NCBI GenBank assembly: GCA_017960565.1
Contig: JAGCYY010000009.1
Coordinates: 6,874 to 70,873 of the forward strand
DNA: 64,000 nucleotides
Direction of reading: 5' to 3'
Source of the DNA: a bacterium
GTDB lineage: Bacteria > Bacillota_I > Bacilli_A > Izemoplasmatales > UBA1188
The notes below the pieces were generated by a model. That model did no database searches, was not told the origin of the DNA, and saw nothing but the letters and a program-made list of their open reading frames with translations. This document shows positions 19,801 to 28,952 of this stretch, piece by piece (position 1 is the first letter of the stretch; every line of letters starts with the position of its first letter). A program made the position numbers and the translations under genes.

Positions 19801-20091
19801 ATGTTATTTAATTTAAAAAGCCTAATTTGCTTAGCCTCTCACAAAGGTGTCGGCTCTACAAAAAATGGTAGAGATTCAGCTGGTCGTAGACTAGGCGCTA
19901 AATTAGGAGATGGACAATACTGTAATGCAGGTTCTATCATTTATCGTCAAAGAGGAACTAAAGTAAAACCAGGAAATAACGTTGGCAAAGGTGGAGATGA
20001 TACATTATTTGCTAAAGTGTCTGGAGTAGTTAAATATGAACGTGTTGGTAGAACAGGTAAACAAGTATCAGTATACCCAGCTCAAATGTAA
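19801..20091 (+). CDS. rpmA: 50S ribosomal protein L27 with N-terminal pro-peptide-like extension
   Basis: [15 protein letters not shown] core preceded by the 11 aa [21 protein letters not shown]. Confidence 0.95.
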   Translation: MLFNLKSLICLASHKGVGSTKNGRDSAGRRLGAKLGDGQYCNAGSIIYRQRGTKVKPGNNVGKGGDDTLFAKVSGVVKYERVGRTGKQVSVYPAQM

Positions 20092-20100
20092 TAATAACTA

Positions 20101-20127
20101 AAAAAATCACAAATTTGTGATTTTTTT
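20101..20127 (+). terminator. intrinsic terminator after rpmA
   Basis: AATCACAAA-tt-TGTGATT hairpin followed by T7. Confidence 0.7.
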
Positions 20128-20205
20128 ATTTCTTTATATATTTTAACGAAACAATTTTCTAGCAATTTTTTTCTATTTATAATAAAATTAAAATAGAAAT
20201 TTATT

Positions 20206-21336
20206 ATGAATGAAGCTTATCTTAACACCAATAAACTTAATAGATTTATATCGATAATAAGCATAATTTTGCTTTTTTTAGTTTCTTTTATTACATTTTA
20301 TTTTGGCTATAGAGATAATCAAGTTTTTTATATATTTAAATTTTTATTATATTTATTTTTAAGTTTTATTATTTCGATTATAGCTCATGAAACTGGCCAT
20401 TTAATATTTGGGCTTTTATGTGGATATAAATTCATCTCCTATCAAATTTTATTTTTAAAACTTGAAAAAACAAATAATAGATTCAAATTTAAATTCGTTA
20501 ACCCTATTATTCTAGGCCAATGTTTATTATCATATGATAAAGATGAAAGACTTATGAATTATAAAATGTACCTATATGGTGGATCTACAATAAATCTATT
20601 ATTGTTTGTTGGATCTTTATCATCCTTTTTATTAGAATTGTTTGTTTATGATAAATTTTATCTATTCTATTTAACATTTGCATATATAAATATCTATTTA
20701 TTTTTCTCAAATGGAATACCGCTAAACATCAAAAATGTCTACAATGATGCATTAAATATTAAACTCATGAATAGATATCCATTTATGAGAAAAGCGATAT
20801 TTAATCAATTAAAAATGCAAGAACAAATGAACATTATCCAAAATATCAATGATTTTGATGATGATATATTCAAAAACAGCAATAAACCTATTCCATATAA
20901 AGTATCAATCGGATACCCTTTCATTCTTCTTAGAACTATGAAAAGAGTGTTAAATAATGAATCTGATCCATTTAGTGAAATTAAAGAAGTAGATAACTAT
21001 ATTAATTATTACCCTTACATCTATAGAAACACAAATTATGCTTTATTATTATTTTCAAATCTAATAACTAATAAAGAATATAAATGGATAATAAATCTCA
21101 AAGAAAATCAAAAATTATTTAATAAATCTAACAAAAATGACCCAATTCTTTCAGTAGATCAAGATTTAATTAAATACAACGAACAAACTCTAACAAAGGA
21201 ACAAATCTTAATCAATATTGAGAATTATAGAAAATCAATGAATGAGAATCTGTTCTATAAAGTTGAAATTGATTTCAATAATAAGCTCTTAGATATAACT
21301 GTAGAATATCTAGAAAATAAAGAGAATATCTTATGA
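20206..21336 (+). CDS. polytopic membrane protein with intramembrane HExxH motif (M50/zincin-like metallopeptidase candidate)
   Basis: 376 aa. HETGH sits inside a hydrophobic segment (IIAHETGHLIFGLLCGYKF), and several further TM segments follow. No recognisable SD. A 9-bp inverted repeat, TTTCTATTT/AAATAGAAA (20170-20199), lies just upstream. Confidence 0.5.
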   Translation: MNEAYLNTNKLNRFISIISIILLFLVSFITFYFGYRDNQVFYIFKFLLYLFLSFIISIIAHETGHLIFGLLCGYKFISYQILFLKLEKTNNRFKFKFVNPIILGQCLLSYDKDERLMNYKMYLYGGSTINLLLFVGSLSSFLLELFVYDKFYLFYLTFAYINIYLFFSNGIPLNIKNVYNDALNIKLMNRYPFMRKAIFNQLKMQEQMNIIQNINDFDDDIFKNSNKPIPYKVSIGYPFILLRTMKRVLNNESDPFSEIKEVDNYINYYPYIYRNTNYALLLFSNLITNKEYKWIINLKENQKLFNKSNKNDPILSVDQDLIKYNEQTLTKEQILINIENYRKSMNENLFYKVEIDFNNKLLDITVEYLENKENIL

Positions 21337-21803
21337 AAACTCAAGTTACAATCACTAAAGATGTTCTTCTAAAATATTATAAAGAATTCATTATAAAGAA
21401 ATTATTGTGGGTCATAATTCTTATATTCTTAATTGGAACATCTGGATTTATCTATTTTTTAATTGATAAAGATTATGTATTTTCTATCTCTATCTTGATA
21501 TTCACATTTTTATTCATTTTCTTAATGATAAATATCTACAAGAAAGTTAAAAATCAAACAGAAAAAGAATATATTTATGATATAGAATATGAAATAGAAT
21601 TTAAAGAAAAATTAAATATTTATTTCATTGAAAATTCTTATGAATATGAATACAAAAGAATCAAATATCAAAGATTAAAAAGTTTTTATATTTTTAAAAT
21701 TTATGATCTAACAAAAACATTCTATTTGGTTCCTAGAGATTCATTTAATAAAGATGAATGGAAACAAATACTAACTAATTTTAAAAAGAAGAGGAGGGAC
21801 TAA
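21333..21803 (+). CDS. small 2-TM membrane protein, YcxB-like
   Basis: 156 aa. Two adjacent TM helices (aa ~24-70), then a soluble domain ending FYLVPRDSFNKDEWKQIL, reminiscent of the YcxB family. ATGA overlap with the upstream gene. Confidence 0.4.
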   Translation: MKTQVTITKDVLLKYYKEFIIKKLLWVIILIFLIGTSGFIYFLIDKDYVFSISILIFTFLFIFLMINIYKKVKNQTEKEYIYDIEYEIEFKEKLNIYFIENSYEYEYKRIKYQRLKSFYIFKIYDLTKTFYLVPRDSFNKDEWKQILTNFKKKRRD

Positions 21804-21804
21804 T

Positions 21805-24800
21805 ATGGATAAGGTATTAGAATTCTTAGAAGCACGTGAATTTATCCTACAATTAGGCTTATATATCGTAATACTTATTCCAATTATATTTGATTTTATA
21901 TTGGGACTTGTAAGAGGTTTTAGAAGAGCTCTTTGGAGACTTATTATGAGAGTCGCAATGCTTCTAATATTTATCTTAACATTAAATAAGATTGCTGATT
22001 TATTGTTCAATGCAAATCTTTTTGGACTTCCAAAAGCGATAGAAGGCTGGCTAACTGGAGCAAGTTCTGATACAACAATCACATTTAAAGATCTAAGTCA
22101 TAGTTTACAAGCTTACTATCTTCAAGAAATGAGTGAAGATGTAGCCCTAAATGCTCCATATTTTATTGCATTAGTAGATTCTTTAGTGAGATATGCAATA
22201 AAAATTATTTGGGCAATATTATATTTCTTAATAATTTCTCCAATTGTAAGATTATTATTAAGACTTACTATATTCAACATATTCTTTAAAGGAAGAAAAG
22301 AATTTAGAAAGATTCATCATGAAAGTTTCCTCGGAGGACTTCTTGGGGCTATCAATGGTCTTACTAGATCTTTCGTTATAATGGTCGGAATGAGTGGATT
22401 ATTCTCACTTATTGCTTATAATGGGCAAACACAAGAACTATTGCAAGATAACAATAATGATTCAACAGTGCAAATTGAAGAAAGTGCTGGAGATATAAAT
22501 AGAATAGAATTATCTTATACCGATAATGGATATCAATTATTACTCCTTGATGAAGGAGAAAATATTTTAGAAGATTTACCTTTTTCTCCAAGCGAAATGA
22601 TTGATGATTCTCTTCAAATGATGAAACTAACCACAAGAATGTGGGAAGAAAATAAACTTGTAAAATTTGCTAATTCAGTTTATTTTAAAGAAGAAATAGG
22701 AAAAGATAATGAAGGTAATCCTGTATATGAAAAACAAGGTATACTAAATAAAGTGTTTGATGAAATCATTTATTTAAGATATACAGTTGAAGATGATGAA
22801 CTTCTTACTGATCCAATCGATATCAAAGTCAACCTTGTAACTGATATTAATAATATCTTGCAAAGTGCATTATATATAATAGATAATTCTGAAGCTTTAA
22901 ATGATGATGGATCAATAGATTTTACAAAGATTGATTCGGAAAAAGTAGAACAAGCTTTTTCTCACCTTTCTAATGTAAAACTATTCAAGGTTGGTATAAT
23001 AGTCGGTTCTAATATTATTATTGAAAAATATACAGAAGATGAAGACTCATTCCTAAATGATAAAGATTTCCAACGTCAGCTCTATAGTACAGATTTCACT
23101 AAAGATTTAAAAGCTTTAGGAAAATTTGTCGGTGGTTTATTTGATCTTGGACTTGGTGAATTTATCAATGAAAATAATAATAGAGGCGAAGAAGAAGAAC
23201 TACAATTATCTAAACTTTTAGAAATATTCTTGCCTAAGATAAAATCCGGTGAAACTCTAGAAGAATATAACTCTAGGACAGAAAAAGGAAGAAATAAGAT
23301 AAAAGAAGGTGCTGAAAATTTAAATATTCTTGATGTTGGTTCAAGTGTTATTTCAACATATATCTTCAAAGATCTCTTAAAAGACCAAGTAACTGAAATG
23401 GGATTATTTGATAGAGATTTAAATATTGAAGGTGATATAGAAAAAACATATATCGATAAATTCTGCGAAGAGATCAATCTTTCAAGAGACTTTGGTACCT
23501 TAATGGAACTCGTTTATGATCTTGCTGACTTCAACAATAACGAAGGAAAAATCGATTATGTAATCAATAAATATAAAAACGCTATTGAAGGTGAAGACGG
23601 TGTCACACTCGATGAGATTGCTAATCTAATTAACACCAAGATCCTTCCTAAATTTTCAAGGATGACATTCATTCAATCAGGAATGGATATAGTTGTCAAG
23701 ATATTAACTGATTCATTAAAAAATAATGAAACTTTAGGCAGATATTTAACAGAAGAAAATATCTTCCATACTTATATCAACTGGAGTCAAGAAATAGGAG
23801 AAAAGATTCCAAATCTAGTTGATGCGATTATCACAAGTGACTTTTTAGCAACTGTAGATTTAAAATTTAATGATGATTCAGGAGAAGAAAAAGGAAATCT
23901 TTTAAATAAATTATTTGAAAGAGGAAATGTATCTGATCTATTTAGAGATACAATAGATTCTCTATTCAAATTAAAACTTATATCTAATTTACAAGACACT
24001 TGCCTTAAACCATTAATCGAAGAATTAGTAGAAGGAATGTCTACGGATGGCTTTAAAATCAGTTTATCTGATGATATAGAAAATTATGGCGATGAATTAA
24101 TTCTCTTTACTGAACTTATCGATGATATGCTTCTTGGCGCTAAGAAAAAAGGCTGCAAATCTTTTGATGATTTAACTAATAATTTAACATATCTTGTCGC
24201 AGGATTCACAAACATCGATGGACTTAAGATTGAGAGTTCTAAAATCCTCGCTCCTACAATTATTTCCATTCTTTCAAATAATTCTATTGAATTATTAAAA
24301 GTCCCTTATAGAGCCGATTCTAAGGACGAAAATGATAATAGTGTTTGGTATACAGTTTTAGACGAAAATGATAATATTTTAAGTTATGGTGAAATCTTCA
24401 AGATGACAGCTGCTTTAAAACAAATTGATAATATCAATACTCTATTATCAAATAGTGGTATTGTCACAGCTATCACATCTCTATCTGGTGATTGTACAGA
24501 TAGAAAATCACATATTAACCATGAACCATATGAATCTTGGTGTTATAAAGATGGAAGCGATACTTTATTAAAATCAAGAATAAATGTATTATTAGATAGT
24601 TCAATTTTAAGATGCACTATATCAAATTTCATCACTTCAGACAATTTAGATAATGGTTTCTTTAGTATTCCTGAAGATGATATTGAAAAAGTTGAATTAT
24701 TAAATGAAGATTCTACTACAACTTATGAATATTATTTAAAAGAAGATTCTTTAGTTGAATTATTTGAATCACTACTTGTCTTATTAGAAAATACCAATAT

Positions 24801-27800
24801 CAGTTCTTTAGATTCATTAGATATTTCAATGGTTTCTAATATATTATCGATGAATGAAGAAGATCTTAATAATGCTCTATCATCTCGAATATTATCATTA
24901 ACTATCACTGGTTTTATTGATGGAATTGAACAAATAATCATTCCAAAAACAGTTGATGATAATATCATTTCAACTACTGTAAATACAATAAAATTAGATG
25001 AAAATAGACAAGAAATATTAGAGACTAAAGAAGTTATTACTAAACAAGAACTTATAAGACTTGTGAAAGCTTTAAGTAAAGTGTTTGATGGTAATATGGA
25101 TTTAAATAATATTGGTATTGATACATTTAAATCTCTATCTAATCTAAATGAAGAAGATTTAGATACTCTTTCAAGCTCATATATCCTAAATGCATCTTTA
25201 ACATCTCTACTTAAAAATGCTTTCCAAGGTGAAGCGATAAATACCGTTATTATTCCATCAACTGCAGTAACATCTTATAAAACAAAAACTCTTGAAACAA
25301 AATATATGATCACTAAAGATGAATTTAAAAAACTCATCACTGCAATCGGATATTTTGATTTCGATAACTTCAAAGATGGATCTACATCAAATGCATTCCA
25401 ATCATTTAAAGATTTAACAAGAAAAACTAATATTATTGAACATGGTGAACATCTATCTCAACTAGAAGTAGTGTTAAAATCAGAAATATTGCATTCAACT
25501 ATCAGCAGTGTAGTTATGAATCTTGAGATGGGTGGATTAAATGTAATCATTCCATCAAATTCTTTAGATGATTCTGTAATTTATAAACTAGATTCAGAAA
25601 ATCTAACATATTCAACTCTTTCTGATAGGGTTAAAAATATTAAAGTTTCTGAACTTTCTAATCTTCTTGAATCTATATCATATATCGATGTGAATGGATT
25701 TAGTAGTGGCAATAACCAATTCGATACAATCAAATCATTCACAAAATTCATATCTTTAAATAGCACTGAAAGAAAAGTAGACATTATCTTAGAATCAGAT
25801 ATTATTAGATCTACACTTTCTAACTACATTATAAATATGAATACTACGGCATTTGATGTTCTAATTCCACTTGAATATGTTGAAGAGATTAAAAATGCAA
25901 AAAACGATGAAAATATTTATACAATCAAAAAAGAAGATGATCTTCATAATGATATCCTAAAAACATTTGTTATGGGCATAAGTTCTCTCGATCTTGCTCA
26001 ACTTCAAAATGATACTATAGGAGCGATTAGAACACTTTCAGATGCATCTAAAATCAATCCAGCAAAGACTAATATAGATATGATTATATCCAGCAAAATC
26101 TTGCTTTATACGTTATCAAGTTATGTATTAGATAAGATCGATAGTCTTGGATTTACATCTGTCGCAATTCCTATGTCTGATATCGAATCTCCATCGGCAT
26201 ATGACAAAGAAAATCCTTCTATAACGCTTGGAAAAGAAGTTAAGATAATCAATGACCATGAGTTAAATAATTTCGTTAAAGCCTTAAAAAATATCGATTT
26301 AAAGAACATTTCAACAGATCCTCTTAATACATTAAAATCTTTAAATGATATAGATGAGTTTAATGAATTATATGAATCTAGTATATTATCGCTTTCTGTT
26401 TCAAAAGAACTTATTAAATTCGCATCAAATGGTGATGATTGGAAATTCATTCTTCCAAAACAATCATTTGTTTTAGATGGTGATGATACTCTATATATTC
26501 CAATCTATAGGAAAGATGAAATATTAGAAGAAACAAGAAAAATTGATGGAAATGAATTCTTTAAATTAATAAATGCAATTAATAAGATCGATATAAACAA
26601 TCTTACTAGTGAAAAGATTTTAGAGATGAGCGAAGAAGATTTCAATGTGATAATTAATTCAACTATATTCCACGCGAACATCTCTGAAAAGATTGAAAAA
26701 GCCATCGAAAGCAACGCTAATATCAATTCTTATTATGATAATACAGTTAAGAGTAATATAAAGAATAATGAAGTATTATTTAGTGATAATGTATCGAGTG
26801 CAGTCTATGATAATTCAACTATAACAAAAGAAGAATTAAAACATGTCTTTAATTCGATGAAAGTATTAAGTTCAAATGATCTAGCATCTTTAAAACTAAA
26901 TTATGAATTATTGTATAACTTTACTGATGATGAAATATTAAATAATGATGGTACTGTGAATAGGTTTGGATATATCGGCGATGATATAGAAGAAAATGAT
27001 GTCAATGATAATCGTGCTAAATTCTTAAGATCATATTTCATAAGATATGCAATAAATAAGAATCTTAAATTGTTTGAACCAGCTTCATTCATATCCGCTG
27101 TACCTGAACCATTTAGATCAGCATTACTTGCGGCAGATTTACTGCCTAAAGGATATAGTACATTCTTATTAGATGAAACAGTTGATGATGAAAATAATCC
27201 TGGTGTACATTTAATTACTAAATATTTCGATACAGAATTTTTCGATGAAGATAGGCTTACTACTAATAATGATAATGATAAAAATCTATATTTATCTGAT
27301 TTAAATATCTTAACTTATGAAAATGTTACACAACCATTAACTAATCCGTCATATAGACTTACAGTCGATGGTAAACAAATAGAACATCCTGAAAATACTG
27401 GTACAGATTTAAATTCAGTATTAACAAGTATTGGTGAACATACTATATCATTATCAGGATCTGGTCAGTTCCTTGATTATTCTAATATTTTAGATATTAA
27501 ATTTAAAATATATAAACCAATCAACTATAATATCAAATATAAAACTACTATAGGAGCTTTAAGTGATATTGTAGATGTAACAAAGGATGATACTACAATA
27601 AGTTTTGATAAGGTTGATAATGCGACTGGTTATATAATTGAATTCATTGATGAATTTGATAATTCAAAATTTGTAGAAATCAATACTACTAATAATGTTT
27701 CTTATAAATTCAAAGATATTTTAGATGTACCAGGAAAATATCATTTCACTATCACTCCAATTCCTAAGAATAATGCTTATACATACAATGTATATAATTC

Positions 27801-28764
27801 TACAGGAATAATCGACAATATAGTTATCAACAAAACTATTGAAACTCCTGAATATGAAATAATTAAAGTAGATGATAATCCAGTATTATTTATATCTTCT
27901 GTGAACGATGCAACAAACTATAAAGTAACAATCAACGCACATGATTATATCTATAATACTTTAGATTTATCATCTAATGATCTAATCAAGAAAACAATCA
28001 CAGTAGATGAATATGATTTTATAAGATATACTTATCCACTAAATAATTTATTTAATTCAGTTGGCATTCACGAAATAGATATAGAAGTATCTAATGAAAA
28101 TACAAATTATATTAAATTTAATACTGATAATGAAACATCACTTAAATATAATGTTTTAACTAAAGTAAGGGAAGAAGATATAAAATTAGATGAGACTTTG
28201 AATTATATTGAAATTCCAGTCACAAGTGATATAGATAAATATATCGTAGAAATCAAACAGATCAATAATTTGTTAGAAAAATCAGTATATTATAAAGAAA
28301 TTATAATTGATCCTTTAGAAGATACTATCTTAATATCTACTAAATCATTATTTAAAGGTTATAAGTATAATGTTTATGTAGAGCCTATTAAATCAGATGG
28401 TTATTATGAAAATACTATATCTTCAAATGAAATAGTAATTACAAAAGTGTTAGATGCTCCATCACATAATAAAGTGAATGATTCTTATGTATTTACTTTC
28501 AAAGAAGTAGAAGATGCAAAATCATATATAGCATATCTTTATAAAGAAAATTCTAATACTGAAACATATGAAAAAATAACAGGAAAAGAATATATTCTTG
28601 AAAATAATGATGAAAAACCTACTATATTTGAGATGTTTGGAGAAATATTTGAAGATTTTGAAAATTATAAGATAACTATTAAAGCTTTACCAGAAAGCAC
28701 TAATGATACTTTGATAGAATCTATTGAATCTATTGGTGCAGAATTTACTTATTATCCAGAATAA
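21805..28764 (+). CDS. giant (2319 aa) membrane-anchored repeat protein
   Basis: Uninterrupted ORF with RBS GAGGAGGG, starting 1 nt after the previous stop. The N-terminal ~205 aa carry at least 4 hydrophobic helices, and the first (DFILGLVRGFRRAL) looks CvpA-like. Central region has degenerate ~100-aa repeats. C-terminus has four Fn3-like modules. No LPXTG or lipobox. Confidence 0.8.
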   Translation: MDKVLEFLEAREFILQLGLYIVILIPIIFDFILGLVRGFRRALWRLIMRVAMLLIFILTLNKIADLLFNANLFGLPKAIEGWLTGASSDTTITFKDLSHSLQAYYLQEMSEDVALNAPYFIALVDSLVRYAIKIIWAILYFLIISPIVRLLLRLTIFNIFFKGRKEFRKIHHESFLGGLLGAINGLTRSFVIMVGMSGLFSLIAYNGQTQELLQDNNNDSTVQIEESAGDINRIELSYTDNGYQLLLLDEGENILEDLPFSPSEMIDDSLQMMKLTTRMWEENKLVKFANSVYFKEEIGKDNEGNPVYEKQGILNKVFDEIIYLRYTVEDDELLTDPIDIKVNLVTDINNILQSALYIIDNSEALNDDGSIDFTKIDSEKVEQAFSHLSNVKLFKVGIIVGSNIIIEKYTEDEDSFLNDKDFQRQLYSTDFTKDLKALGKFVGGLFDLGLGEFINENNNRGEEEELQLSKLLEIFLPKIKSGETLEEYNSRTEKGRNKIKEGAENLNILDVGSSVISTYIFKDLLKDQVTEMGLFDRDLNIEGDIEKTYIDKFCEEINLSRDFGTLMELVYDLADFNNNEGKIDYVINKYKNAIEGEDGVTLDEIANLINTKILPKFSRMTFIQSGMDIVVKILTDSLKNNETLGRYLTEENIFHTYINWSQEIGEKIPNLVDAIITSDFLATVDLKFNDDSGEEKGNLLNKLFERGNVSDLFRDTIDSLFKLKLISNLQDTCLKPLIEELVEGMSTDGFKISLSDDIENYGDELILFTELIDDMLLGAKKKGCKSFDDLTNNLTYLVAGFTNIDGLKIESSKILAPTIISILSNNSIELLKVPYRADSKDENDNSVWYTVLDENDNILSYGEIFKMTAALKQIDNINTLLSNSGIVTAITSLSGDCTDRKSHINHEPYESWCYKDGSDTLLKSRINVLLDSSILRCTISNFITSDNLDNGFFSIPEDDIEKVELLNEDSTTTYEYYLKEDSLVELFESLLVLLENTNISSLDSLDISMVSNILSMNEEDLNNALSSRILSLTITGFIDGIEQIIIPKTVDDNIISTTVNTIKLDENRQEILETKEVITKQELIRLVKALSKVFDGNMDLNNIGIDTFKSLSNLNEEDLDTLSSSYILNASLTSLLKNAFQGEAINTVIIPSTAVTSYKTKTLETKYMITKDEFKKLITAIGYFDFDNFKDGSTSNAFQSFKDLTRKTNIIEHGEHLSQLEVVLKSEILHSTISSVVMNLEMGGLNVIIPSNSLDDSVIYKLDSENLTYSTLSDRVKNIKVSELSNLLESISYIDVNGFSSGNNQFDTIKSFTKFISLNSTERKVDIILESDIIRSTLSNYIINMNTTAFDVLIPLEYVEEIKNAKNDENIYTIKKEDDLHNDILKTFVMGISSLDLAQLQNDTIGAIRTLSDASKINPAKTNIDMIISSKILLYTLSSYVLDKIDSLGFTSVAIPMSDIESPSAYDKENPSITLGKEVKIINDHELNNFVKALKNIDLKNISTDPLNTLKSLNDIDEFNELYESSILSLSVSKELIKFASNGDDWKFILPKQSFVLDGDDTLYIPIYRKDEILEETRKIDGNEFFKLINAINKIDINNLTSEKILEMSEEDFNVIINSTIFHANISEKIEKAIESNANINSYYDNTVKSNIKNNEVLFSDNVSSAVYDNSTITKEELKHVFNSMKVLSSNDLASLKLNYELLYNFTDDEILNNDGTVNRFGYIGDDIEENDVNDNRAKFLRSYFIRYAINKNLKLFEPASFISAVPEPFRSALLAADLLPKGYSTFLLDETVDDENNPGVHLITKYFDTEFFDEDRLTTNNDNDKNLYLSDLNILTYENVTQPLTNPSYRLTVDGKQIEHPENTGTDLNSVLTSIGEHTISLSGSGQFLDYSNILDIKFKIYKPINYNIKYKTTIGALSDIVDVTKDDTTISFDKVDNATGYIIEFIDEFDNSKFVEINTTNNVSYKFKDILDVPGKYHFTITPIPKNNAYTYNVYNSTGIIDNIVINKTIETPEYEIIKVDDNPVLFISSVNDATNYKVTINAHDYIYNTLDLSSNDLIKKTITVDEYDFIRYTYPLNNLFNSVGIHEIDIEVSNENTNYIKFNTDNETSLKYNVLTKVREEDIKLDETLNYIEIPVTSDIDKYIVEIKQINNLLEKSVYYKEIIIDPLEDTILISTKSLFKGYKYNVYVEPIKSDGYYENTISSNEIVITKVLDAPSHNKVNDSYVFTFKEVEDAKSYIAYLYKENSNTETYEKITGKEYILENNDEKPTIFEMFGEIFEDFENYKITIKALPESTNDTLIESIESIGAEFTYYPE
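24382..27120 (+). repeat. about nine degenerate tandem protein repeats (91-118 aa each) inside the giant ORF
   Basis: Repeat starts read at nt 24382, 24739, 25036, 25309, 25639, 25951, 26248, 26542 and 26821. Recurring pattern: I-T/x-K-x-E-L/F-x-x-L/F-hydrophobic-x-A/S-hydrophobic-x-x-I/L-D ... S-x-I-L-x-x-T/S-hydrophobic-S. Confidence 0.6.
27511..28764 (+). repeat. four Fn3/Ig-like beta-sandwich modules (~97-100 aa period) at the C-terminus of the giant ORF
   Basis: Regularly spaced motifs: VDNATGYIIEF (~27619), VNDATNYKVTI (~27907), DIDKYIVEIK (~28228) and VEDAKSYIAYLY (~28513). Each is followed by a Y-x-hydrophobic-x-hydrophobic strand such as YHFTITPIP, YNVYVEPIK or YKITIKALP. Confidence 0.5.
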
Positions 28765-28783
28765 TATATTAAATTCTAATTTA

Positions 28784-28814
28784 AGCGGTACTTTTGTAAA
28801 GTATCGCTTTTTAT
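28784..28814 (+). terminator. intrinsic terminator after the giant gene
   Basis: AGCGGTAC-ttttgtaaa-GTATCGCT hairpin (one G-U pair) followed by a T5 run. Confidence 0.6.
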
Positions 28815-28842
28815 TATGTGATAATTTAATAATAGAAATATT

Positions 28843-28952
28843 AAAAAATTCAAAAAATATTATGTGAATATATTGTTATTATAATATATATTCTATATAT
28901 ATTTTATATGTTATATATGTGATGAATATATGATGTTATAAATTTGAATTTA
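28843..28952 (+). repeat. copy A of a ~110-nt bipartite intergenic element
   Basis: Module 1 is AAAAAATTCAAAAAATATTATGTGAATATA. Module 2 is ATGTGATGAATATATGATGTTATAAATTTGAATTT, starting exactly 74 nt after the start of module 1. Matches 33649-33758 on the opposite strand. Confidence 0.6.

Noticed and set aside
28843-28875. dif / XerCD-like site (TTATGTGAATA resembles the XerD arm TTATGTAAACT of B. subtilis dif), also at 33729-33758
   Set aside because: The putative left arm (AAAAAATTCAA) does not match the XerC arm and is not palindromic to the right arm. The motif occurs at least twice in opposite orientation, and it is equally well explained as an extended -10 promoter (TGTGATAAT). It is kept only as a minor alternative in the bipartite-element finding.
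28876-28925. (TA)n-like periodic low-complexity tract that could be mistaken for a short repeat array or CRISPR
   Set aside because: There are no repeat-spacer units of defined length and no cas genes. It is simple AT dinucleotide-rich sequence.
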